This document shows positions 28,746-37,192 of a stretch of 64,000 bases of DNA, piece after piece (the first letter of the stretch is position 1; the number at the start of each line of letters is the position of its first letter). The stretch lies in IMG/VR virus record IMGVR_UViG_3300033048_000096; one strand, given 5' to 3'. Under the pieces are notes generated by a model. It saw only the letters and a program-made list of their open reading frames with translations, searched no databases and was not told the DNA's origin. Source of the DNA: a virus. The position numbers were made by a program, and so were the translations under genes.

Positions 28746-29843
28746 CTATCTGCCTCTTGAAAGTTCTTTTGTTATAATCTTTGATATCTCTTGAACGCTC
28801 ATTGATTCTGCGATTACTTTTGCTCTCTCGCCCTTCGCAGAGTATGACTTGTGATTAGCATACACATCTACGAATAATTTAATCAAGTGCCCAGAACTTG
28901 GATGCGCCCAATTTTGATAACTACCATATAACGAAGACCACTCCATTCCAGATACCGGACCCATCGTATGCTTTATTATATTCGCGGATGTATTATCTAA
29001 ATATTCTGTCACTCCGCCATACTTAGTTACTATAATTTGCTTGCCCATTCTCATAGCATCATGAATAGGCATCCCCCAACCTTCTCCATGATGAGAGCTT
29101 ACGTAACAATCCCCAGTGTTATGTAGAGCCTTAATCTGTCTTGATGGTATCACATCCTTAGCTAAAAATACTGGAGGGTAATACCTTAAGTTTAACTTTC
29201 TTTTTAAATCTAAAATATCTAACTTTATTAAATCCTTCGTGTATCCCGTTATGTTTAATGAATTTACCTTCAATATTAATATCACATTATCGCTCTCACT
29301 AAATGCCTTATAATAAGAGCTTAGTAAAGTTCGCCACCCTTTTCTGTTCTGCCATTGAAAAATTGAGTAAAACTTATAAACATTATCGCCAACAACGTAT
29401 TCGTCTGAAAAATCTGAAGGTACATCTATAAAATCTTCGGTCTCCCAATCGTTGCATGGAGTTGGAACTATTTTTATGGGACCTTTGAACCTGGCTCTAA
29501 CGCAGGCATCTTTGACGAGATTGCACGGCACCCAAAGCTCATTTACTTTATGCAAACTTCTGCTCCAATTTTTAGGCAGCCTGTCAGCTTCCCAATAGAA
29601 ATAACCAATCTTATACGCATTGCTCTTGTGGCGATTATAAGGGGGGCAATGAATGTAAAAATCAATATTCGTGCGCCCTTTGTAATTATTAAGCTGATTT
29701 AAGAATGAAAACTTATCAGCCTTATTAGAAAAGTTAAATTTCGTATTAACTGATGACAAAGAAAATGCCTTCGCGAAATTAGTTACGGCATTACCATATC
29801 CAGTATGATTACTTAGCGGACCAAAAAATCTGACTGCGGACAT
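28746..29843 (-). CDS. GT4-like glycosyltransferase
   Basis: TGYG, WE, RKGWRTLL..YYKAF, HGEGWGMPIHDAM; start moved to MSAV after AGGAG. Confidence 0.88.
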   Translation of the reverse strand: MSAVRFFGPLSNHTGYGNAVTNFAKAFSLSSVNTKFNFSNKADKFSFLNQLNNYKGRTNIDFYIHCPPYNRHKSNAYKIGYFYWEADRLPKNWSRSLHKVNELWVPCNLVKDACVRARFKGPIKIVPTPCNDWETEDFIDVPSDFSDEYVVGDNVYKFYSIFQWQNRKGWRTLLSSYYKAFSESDNVILILKVNSLNITGYTKDLIKLDILDLKRKLNLRYYPPVFLAKDVIPSRQIKALHNTGDCYVSSHHGEGWGMPIHDAMRMGKQIIVTKYGGVTEYLDNTSANIIKHTMGPVSGMEWSSLYGSYQNWAHPSSGHLIKLFVDVYANHKSYSAKGERAKVIAESMSVQEISKIITKELSRGR

Positions 29844-29853
29844 CATCCAACTC

Positions 29854-31422
29854 CTATATATATTCTCCGCGTAACAAAAATGATTTCTCGTTACTACTCT
29901 TCTTATAAAAACCATCTATTGATAAAAGACTATTCATAAATTCCAAATGAACTCTATCTATGTCGTGATTTTTCTCGACATATCTTCTGGCACTTTCTAT
30001 AACTTCTAGATTACTTATATTATCCTCTATTATCAATCTATCCAAACAAGGATCTTCTGTAATCCTAAACCCCGTAATTCCATCCTCAAGCATATCAGGT
30101 ATAGCCCCTACCATATTTGAAAAAACAGGAACCCCAGATGCCATTGACTCAATTATCGAAATAGGAGTTCCCTCTATCTTTGACGCTAATACGAAACCAT
30201 CAAAGATATTATATATACCAGATACATCTTTTTTATATCCAAGCATTTTCACGTTCGTTAACTTTAGTCTATTTATCTCTTTTGATATAGAAATCTTCTC
30301 GGGACCATCACCAACTATCACAAACTCATAATCTGGCATCTCAAATGCTAAAGATATAATATAGCCTATCCGCTTTTCTTTAGATAATCTAGCAACCACT
30401 CCTATTACGGGCTTATACAAATCTATACCTAATGATTCTTTTAATTTGTCATTGTTCCTACTACTAAACTTATCCAAATTAATGCCGACAGGAATCACAT
30501 CCCTATTAGACTCTTTGACTCCAGAAATATCTTTAGATAAACTTCTAGATACAGTAATTATCTTATCAACGAATCTCCTCTCCTTTACGGAAGATAAAGA
30601 ACCCACCCAAATGAAATCGCTATGATAAATCTCAACCAGCTTGCCAGAAATTTCATCGTTAACCTTCATCCTTAATAGTAATGAATATATATCTAAACGA
30701 TTATAATAAACTATATAATCATACTCACTTGATTTTATTATTCCCCTGAGCTGAGACGTGGATTTCACATCCCTATGGAAAACTTCTTTATTTGTTATGT
30801 TGTTTTTAAGATTATTCCGCTTCATATATAATATAGATATATCTTGGTTTGTTAACTTATTTATTATGTTCTGTATGTATATCTCCGCTCCACCATATAT
30901 ATGATAAGGAACTATGAATGCAATTTTTTTGTTACCAGAAATAATCTCCGTATCGATACTCTGAGATTTACTAACTGGCTTCGCCCTTCCGGTCTTTACC
31001 TTTAGGCTAACTCTTCTTCTACTTTTCGATGGCAATTCTTTGACAACAGAATCGCTTAATAAATCAATATAAACTCTGCCCATCTCCACACTTCCGTAGA
31101 CATTTCTGTCTCTATAGAATTTAATCTTCCCTTGTCCGAAATTTCGATTAACCTCAAAACTTAAGCTATATTCCGACCACGTGCTGTTATTGAAATTAAG
31201 CTCTTCCTTTAAGAATATTTCATTTTGATCGCTAGATATTTCAATGTTTATTTTGCCGCTACCAGTTCTTTTCTTCCCAACAATCTTTATTGTATACTTG
31301 CCAGAACGTATATTGATCGCGTGGTCAAATTTTGCAGACTTTAATATGATAATTGAACTAGGCTTAATATCTATGCCCTTACCGCTCCATTTGTTATTCT
31401 TTAAAGAATCGAATATCCTCAT
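29854..31422 (-). CDS. GT4 glycosyltransferase with N-terminal beta-rich (carbohydrate-binding-like) domain
   Basis: YGGAE, VARLSKEK, VGDGPE, EGTPISIIESMASG; about 120-aa beta-rich N-terminus plus basic linker; ATGA overlap at 31419-31422. Confidence 0.88.
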   Translation of the reverse strand: MRIFDSLKNNKWSGKGIDIKPSSIIILKSAKFDHAINIRSGKYTIKIVGKKRTGSGKINIEISSDQNEIFLKEELNFNNSTWSEYSLSFEVNRNFGQGKIKFYRDRNVYGSVEMGRVYIDLLSDSVVKELPSKSRRRVSLKVKTGRAKPVSKSQSIDTEIISGNKKIAFIVPYHIYGGAEIYIQNIINKLTNQDISILYMKRNNLKNNITNKEVFHRDVKSTSQLRGIIKSSEYDYIVYYNRLDIYSLLLRMKVNDEISGKLVEIYHSDFIWVGSLSSVKERRFVDKIITVSRSLSKDISGVKESNRDVIPVGINLDKFSSRNNDKLKESLGIDLYKPVIGVVARLSKEKRIGYIISLAFEMPDYEFVIVGDGPEKISISKEINRLKLTNVKMLGYKKDVSGIYNIFDGFVLASKIEGTPISIIESMASGVPVFSNMVGAIPDMLEDGITGFRITEDPCLDRLIIEDNISNLEVIESARRYVEKNHDIDRVHLEFMNSLLSIDGFYKKSSNEKSFLLRGEYI

Positions 31423-32522
31423 CTCAATTCCAGTATTTTCTTTGCCGCATTTTCCCAAGTAAATTCATTTATTATTCTTAGCGTCTCTTCAGAGAACTCA
31501 TCCTGAAGCTTTTCCTTACTAGAGAAAGCTTTCAGCATTAATTCTGACAAGGAATCTATGATCGGCAAATTTGTTTTCGCACCTTTCGTGGGTATCCAAT
31601 ATTGATATTTATCACCAGCATCTATCTCCCTCACGTCAGCCAGTAATGAATTCTTGTCATTTAAAAAATCTAACTGACCAGTGCATCTGGGAGCTATGAC
31701 TAGTAAATTATCCGCAGCCAAGCCTTCCAGAAGAGGCATTCCAAATCCCTCGGAGGATGACGCACTAACCAAAGCGTCGCATGAATTATATAATGGTATC
31801 ATGCTATCTAATCTATCCTGAACTATCTCTACACGTGGTAAACCGCCCACCTTCCTGTAATGCTTTTTTTGCATAGCTATTATTTGAGTCTTTACGTCAA
31901 CCTCAAATCTATATAGTTTTCTCCCAGGTGTATCAAGCTTCGTTTTTAATACTAAACATACGTCATCCTGCCCGGAAAATGCTCGGTAATATGCGTCAAG
32001 CAAAATATCTATATTCTTCCTGTAATGTGGGATGGAAACATTTAAAAATTTAAAGGAGCTTTTACTGTAAAGAAGATGCTTCGACTTGTCCTTGTAGTCA
32101 TCTAAGGTAATTCCGTGAGGTATCACTATGCATTTCTCCTCCGGCCAACCTGAGTTCACAAACACTTCTTTCGAAAAGTTGCTCGATGGTAAGGCATAAT
32201 CAATGCAATCTATCTTATCTCTCCAAACTGCTGGCAATATGCTCGTCTCGTAATTGTATATTGCCATTCTTATTTTAGAGCCTTTTCTGAATCTAGCAGA
32301 AAAATTTCTTGGGGTAGTATAACAGATATCCATGTCTATATCGCTATTAGTTCTGTCTAATCTGTACTTTAACTCTCTGGGTATCAAAGAATTTCCATTC
32401 GTTGTTTTTAGAAAAAGATTATGATTCATTTTTCTAAATTGTAACAATAAATTTCTCATAACTACTGCCCAGCTATGATGAGTGCCTAGCATGGTTTGCG
32501 ATCTTATATTTATTTCGTTCAT
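31419..32522 (-). CDS. GT4-like glycosyltransferase
   Basis: YET, PSS, IPHG, RKNIDILLDAYYRAF, SEGFGMPLLE, FTWENAA. Confidence 0.9.
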   Translation of the reverse strand: MNEINIRSQTMLGTHHSWAVVMRNLLLQFRKMNHNLFLKTTNGNSLIPRELKYRLDRTNSDIDMDICYTTPRNFSARFRKGSKIRMAIYNYETSILPAVWRDKIDCIDYALPSSNFSKEVFVNSGWPEEKCIVIPHGITLDDYKDKSKHLLYSKSSFKFLNVSIPHYRKNIDILLDAYYRAFSGQDDVCLVLKTKLDTPGRKLYRFEVDVKTQIIAMQKKHYRKVGGLPRVEIVQDRLDSMIPLYNSCDALVSASSSEGFGMPLLEGLAADNLLVIAPRCTGQLDFLNDKNSLLADVREIDAGDKYQYWIPTKGAKTNLPIIDSLSELMLKAFSSKEKLQDEFSEETLRIINEFTWENAAKKILELR

Positions 32523-32538
32523 TTTCCCGCCATATCTA

Positions 32539-32567
32539 ATAATACCCATATCGATAAAAATTATCTA
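32539..32567 (-). promoter_or_regulatory. possible sigma70-type promoter TAGATA-N17-TATTAT at the head of the glycosylation cluster
   Basis: -35-like TAGATA (32562-32567), 17-nt spacer, -10-like TATTAT (32539-32544); AT-rich context makes a chance match possible. Confidence 0.3.
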
Positions 32568-32584
32568 TTGTCATTTTGTAGCGC

Positions 32585-35500
32585 TTATGCTAGCGGAAAC
32601 TCAAAGCTACATGAGAATGGACCTTCGATAAATGTACCTACAGCAGTCGAACCAGTGATAAAGAAGCACTCCTCCTCGTCACTCAGTATCTGATCATCAA
32701 AGCATACGCCAATACCTAGCCTACTCAAATCCTCTATCGTTAGGTTCACATCCCGATTCTTGAATCCTGACTTCTTAAGATATATACCAAAATTAAGTAT
32801 AGTTCTATTCCTTTCTACCAAGGCGTCAAACATTATATTTCTAGTATTAAATGTAGCTATTCCTGTCTCGGGATCTATAGATACTCCAACCTTAAATACA
32901 ATTCCCGTGCTATCATCCTGATAAACAACAACCAAACTAATCGATGAGGATATGGTGAATGATGAATTAGCTACCAAATCCGGCTCGATTAAAAATCCTT
33001 TAATAAATCCAGGCAAATGTCCAAGCTGAGATAATAATCCCACAAAACTTGTAGTTATATCTATAGATATTGTATCTCCAACAATTATGGAGCCAGGAAC
33101 GAAACTCGTAACGAAAGAAGTATTCGTAACTAAAGGCACATTAAATATTCTACCTAAATTATCTGCATTTAATAGGTTTATTGGTATTATATTAAATGTG
33201 TCAGTTATGCTTGCAGTAGATTCAGACACGAATTCTAAGTTAGCAGATATTACCGTGGTTCTTCTTGGGAGATTAAAGGGGACAGTAATTGTCGCTCTAT
33301 CAGTAATTCCCGTTGCAAACACCTTGCCTATATCTAGACCAGTGACATTGTCATTTGAGGTATACTCTGATAACATGATAACTTCGGACAATCTAACGAA
33401 GAATGATACTCCTAATGTTGGGGAATTCTCTTGGGAAATCTCATAGCTCATCACTACGTCGCCTAATCCGGGCTGAACATCAGGGTTCGTACCTAACCTA
33501 ACATATTCACCAAATGACGACGCTGTTGACTCAGCTAATTTGTCAGGATTTAGATAGTATGCGGATACCACGTCATTAACTCTTCTCAATCTGAATGCTA
33601 TAGTGTCGCCCACTACATCTGGCGCGTCAATTTCAAAATTAAAGGTGCTTATAATAACAGATGCTGCATTTTGTATCACACCGCTATAAAACATTACAAC
33701 GTTATTGCCACCTACGGTTTTCCATCCGAATTTTAATGTCGAAACCGATGTGTCCGCGTTTGTTATCGTAAACGTAGCGAATGATGAAACAGTCCCATTA
33801 GTCAAAGACGAATCATCCCAGATAACTCTGGCTGCTTTAAAGTCTACGACAAAATCACCCGAAAAATTCTGAGAAATAACCGGAGAATCTAATCTACCAA
33901 ATCTCTCTCCAGAATTAGATGATGTTGTTAGGTCAAATATTGCCGGTTGATTTGAACCTGAAAGATTGGTTATATTAGTAATGGCCGAATCATTTAAAGC
34001 ATTTGCTGTCCAAGTATCGAATGACGTAAATGAATCATCTAAGAAGTTTTCGGAAATCGCTTCTACGTTAAACACAGTATCCTCAGAAGAACTAATCTCA
34101 GAATACCCATCAGAATATCCGTCAACCAACGCATCCACGCATATGCTGCTTACGGCGTTAGAGAACTTAACCCTACCCTTAGCTATGTCTGTGTCAAGCC
34201 CGACGTCGTCAAGGCCCACCAGAGTGCCGTCTGAGTACCTCATGGCAGCCATCCCGGATGCTGTATTGCAACTACCTGACTCGGCCTTCAAAAAGTTGTT
34301 ATATAGATCAATTGAGCAATCATCTATCGATCCCGCAGGTAGAGGCAACCTAATGTTCGTGTATTCAAAGTCACCAGGGTGAGGAATGCCAGGAGCCATA
34401 AGTATATTTCCGTTTGGCAAAAACAAATCACCAGGCAAATATGTTTGGTTCTTATATACAGGGCTGCACTCTTCGACTGGTAAACAATCTAATGACTCAC
34501 AATCCAATAATGTTCCTGAGTCTAATTCCAAGAAACTTACGCCCACATTTCTCCTCAAATCACATACGCTAACAAAATGCGGCTCAAATGGTGCCTCTAT
34601 ATAATCTATTTGATAATTCGCGGTAACGAAAGGTACATTGGTTAGGTTAGGGTTGTCAGCATATAAGTTAACTTTAGTGCCGCTAGTTATTATCGGATTG
34701 AAACCAACGTCTCCCGAGAAAATTACATCAGAACTGTCAGCATTCATTACGGTAAGTGTTAAGCTTATACCATCAGCCTCTACAATCTTAGATGTAATTA
34801 TATAATTACCGGCGTCAACCGATGGAGCAGGAATTGTAACTAAATCACCTAGCCTTACGCCCAGAGATTCATTGTTGGTTAATGTAACTAAACTTAAAGT
34901 GCTTGATCCAGCTGTCGTAACCCCGGTAAGAGCAACGTCAGTAAATATTACGGGATTATCAGATGAGGATAATATATTTTCAAGAACCAAGGTAAGTACT
35001 TTTATTTCCTCGGGAATAGAAAAGTTAATATATCCATCCACCGCGTCTTCTAGTAGTCCTATGTCAACTCCATCTATTGTCCCGTCATTATTCATATCTG
35101 ATTTAACGAAATCTAATACACTAAGTTCACCCCCTAAGATCGCCCTCTCTGTAACTTCTGAATTAATCGTATGCCCAACTATATCTAAAAGGCGAGATAA
35201 ATCTGATGCAGTTAATAATGAATCCGAGTCTAAGTCTCCAACCTTTACCGTGGAGCAATCCACTCTAGCTATTCTATATCTGGAATTACAATTGCAATCA
35301 GTATCTGGAGTTAAGATTCTATTAACTAAGTTTGAAGCTATGATGCTATTTCCGGGATCAAGAAGCATAACGCTATCTACTCCCACAAGTCCTGGCTTGT
35401 CGAATGTATCAATTATTGTCTGAGCGTCACGAACATTATTATCTTTAATTCTAGCAAGAACCAGCGGCGTCGTATCTGAACTTATTGTGTCAAGACCTGA

Positions 35501-37150
35501 CGAGCTAACTATAGATACTAATGGTGCATCAATTATTCTCGTAAACACACGGTTGTTGGTTCTGGGATGAACGTCTCCGTCAGAAAACTCTTCCTTCTGA
35601 GATAATATTACATAATTATTTGATCCCTCCGATACGGTACTCAATGTTATATTTTTTGCAAAATAAGATATCTCAGTGCTACCAACGAACTCTGTTGTTT
35701 TCTGAATAGTTACCGCAACACCCTGGTCAGTATATGCTGTCCCGTCTGTTACTTCTATTGAGTCCGAATGAATTACATGCCAAAGGGTTGATGACGAATC
35801 ATTAACATAACGCTTAGTTACTGGATCGTACTCAAGGTATTTTGATTGCTGCTTGCCGAACCTTTCAATAACCGTAAGCGGCACTCCATCATCAGATTTT
35901 TTAGCTACCTTGTTAAATCCCTTCTCTATAACTATAGTTCCTGTCCTGTTATCTCCTCTTCTGCTTACTACAAACGCATAATATTTATTTACCTCAAGTG
36001 ATGGACTTATATTTGGATCAGCGATTAGAGTTCCTGCAAAATTAATACTAACGGTCTGAGGTAGTTCGCTAAGCTCATAACCTAATGCCTCAAAGTCTTC
36101 CTGCCCAAATGAAACTTCAACTATCGGAGTTATTTCCGGATCAAAATCTATGAGATCATTAGGGACAGCATCAGTTGGGCAGTCAATCTCTGATATAAGC
36201 TCATGTATTGATACTACTAGATCACCAGAGTAGTTTAATTGGTTCTCCAAAGCTAGTGACGTATCTCTTTCTACAGATAGCAATAAATCAATTTTCTGAA
36301 TGTTATCAACTCGTGAAAGGAACTTTTGCCCATAAGATATAGATGTGGCTCCATCCTTAGGGAATGTAACTTTTTCCTTGCCAGAAAGTTCTATATACAA
36401 ATCATTTATTGTATTCAAAGAGCCCAAAGAAAGACTTATCTCATTCTCAATGCTCCTCGAAACGCTTGATGTTATAAAGTTAACCATATCAATATTTGGC
36501 GATTCTATCTCAAACGACATTCTGGTAGCTACATATACCTTGAGCGGCTCAGCTTCTCTGATTATCATGTATCCGCCAGAACCTGTTATTAAGTCTAGGC
36601 TCTCCTTAGAAGCTTCGGATTCCGTCTTTCCCGTTCCTCCAGAAAAATTATTAAAAAATACACCAATAATTGATGTGTAAAAGTTCTGCGAAATCATTTT
36701 AGTATTCTCGGCAAACTCAATAAACTCAGTTATAAGTTCACCCTGCTCGTTTATACCGTCAAAAGCTCTACCGAGAATCATGATTTTAGTCCTAACTCTC
36801 CCCTTTATGTCTGCATTCACTAAGTCAAATTCAATTCTGTTTCCACGAACAGTGTCGCTCGGACCAGAGTCTAATGATATACCCTTACCATCATAAGCTC
36901 CTGACTCAATATCTAATTGAGATGAGTTTGCACTTCCGTCAGATGTATTTGATCCTGGATTTCTGGTGTCAAGTAATATGACTTCTTCGAACGGAGAATT
37001 TTGTACAACTCCGCTGCCTTGAAAATCAACTACCAAGTTAGATACAATAGCGTTGTTATTTAACTGCTCAGTATCAAGATCCCTCTCAGTTACTCTCTGA
37101 CCATCATATATATTGACTCTTTTCGTAATCAAGCGATCTCTTTTTGCCAT
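32585..37150 (-). CDS. large virion structural protein (1521 aa; baseplate/tail-associated) with a dockerin-like Ca-binding repeat pair
   Basis: N-terminal YDGQRVTERDLDTEQ resembles baseplate-attachment N-termini; GDLDSDSLLTASDL / SDMNNDGTIDGVDIGLL; acidic, S/T-rich; follows wedge genes. Confidence 0.65.
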   Translation of the reverse strand: MAKRDRLITKRVNIYDGQRVTERDLDTEQLNNNAIVSNLVVDFQGSGVVQNSPFEEVILLDTRNPGSNTSDGSANSSQLDIESGAYDGKGISLDSGPSDTVRGNRIEFDLVNADIKGRVRTKIMILGRAFDGINEQGELITEFIEFAENTKMISQNFYTSIIGVFFNNFSGGTGKTESEASKESLDLITGSGGYMIIREAEPLKVYVATRMSFEIESPNIDMVNFITSSVSRSIENEISLSLGSLNTINDLYIELSGKEKVTFPKDGATSISYGQKFLSRVDNIQKIDLLLSVERDTSLALENQLNYSGDLVVSIHELISEIDCPTDAVPNDLIDFDPEITPIVEVSFGQEDFEALGYELSELPQTVSINFAGTLIADPNISPSLEVNKYYAFVVSRRGDNRTGTIVIEKGFNKVAKKSDDGVPLTVIERFGKQQSKYLEYDPVTKRYVNDSSSTLWHVIHSDSIEVTDGTAYTDQGVAVTIQKTTEFVGSTEISYFAKNITLSTVSEGSNNYVILSQKEEFSDGDVHPRTNNRVFTRIIDAPLVSIVSSSGLDTISSDTTPLVLARIKDNNVRDAQTIIDTFDKPGLVGVDSVMLLDPGNSIIASNLVNRILTPDTDCNCNSRYRIARVDCSTVKVGDLDSDSLLTASDLSRLLDIVGHTINSEVTERAILGGELSVLDFVKSDMNNDGTIDGVDIGLLEDAVDGYINFSIPEEIKVLTLVLENILSSSDNPVIFTDVALTGVTTAGSSTLSLVTLTNNESLGVRLGDLVTIPAPSVDAGNYIITSKIVEADGISLTLTVMNADSSDVIFSGDVGFNPIITSGTKVNLYADNPNLTNVPFVTANYQIDYIEAPFEPHFVSVCDLRRNVGVSFLELDSGTLLDCESLDCLPVEECSPVYKNQTYLPGDLFLPNGNILMAPGIPHPGDFEYTNIRLPLPAGSIDDCSIDLYNNFLKAESGSCNTASGMAAMRYSDGTLVGLDDVGLDTDIAKGRVKFSNAVSSICVDALVDGYSDGYSEISSSEDTVFNVEAISENFLDDSFTSFDTWTANALNDSAITNITNLSGSNQPAIFDLTTSSNSGERFGRLDSPVISQNFSGDFVVDFKAARVIWDDSSLTNGTVSSFATFTITNADTSVSTLKFGWKTVGGNNVVMFYSGVIQNAASVIISTFNFEIDAPDVVGDTIAFRLRRVNDVVSAYYLNPDKLAESTASSFGEYVRLGTNPDVQPGLGDVVMSYEISQENSPTLGVSFFVRLSEVIMLSEYTSNDNVTGLDIGKVFATGITDRATITVPFNLPRRTTVISANLEFVSESTASITDTFNIIPINLLNADNLGRIFNVPLVTNTSFVTSFVPGSIIVGDTISIDITTSFVGLLSQLGHLPGFIKGFLIEPDLVANSSFTISSSISLVVVYQDDSTGIVFKVGVSIDPETGIATFNTRNIMFDALVERNRTILNFGIYLKKSGFKNRDVNLTIEDLSRLGIGVCFDDQILSDEEECFFITGSTAVGTFIEGPFSCSFEFPLA

Positions 37151-37173
37151 TTAAAAGCTCCGTACTTTCCTTT

Positions 37174-37192
37174 AAAAATTAATAGAGGATTA
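37174..37192 (-). promoter_or_regulatory. conserved intergenic motif TAATCCTCTATTAATTTTT (candidate late promoter or processing site)
   Basis: 16/18 identical to 50848-50865; both precede structural genes. Confidence 0.45.

Noticed and set aside
11033-32549. Ordinary bacterial O-antigen or capsule locus
   Set aside because: No flippase, polymerase, ABC exporter or priming transferase is recognisable, and the cluster is embedded between baseplate and phage-type replication genes.
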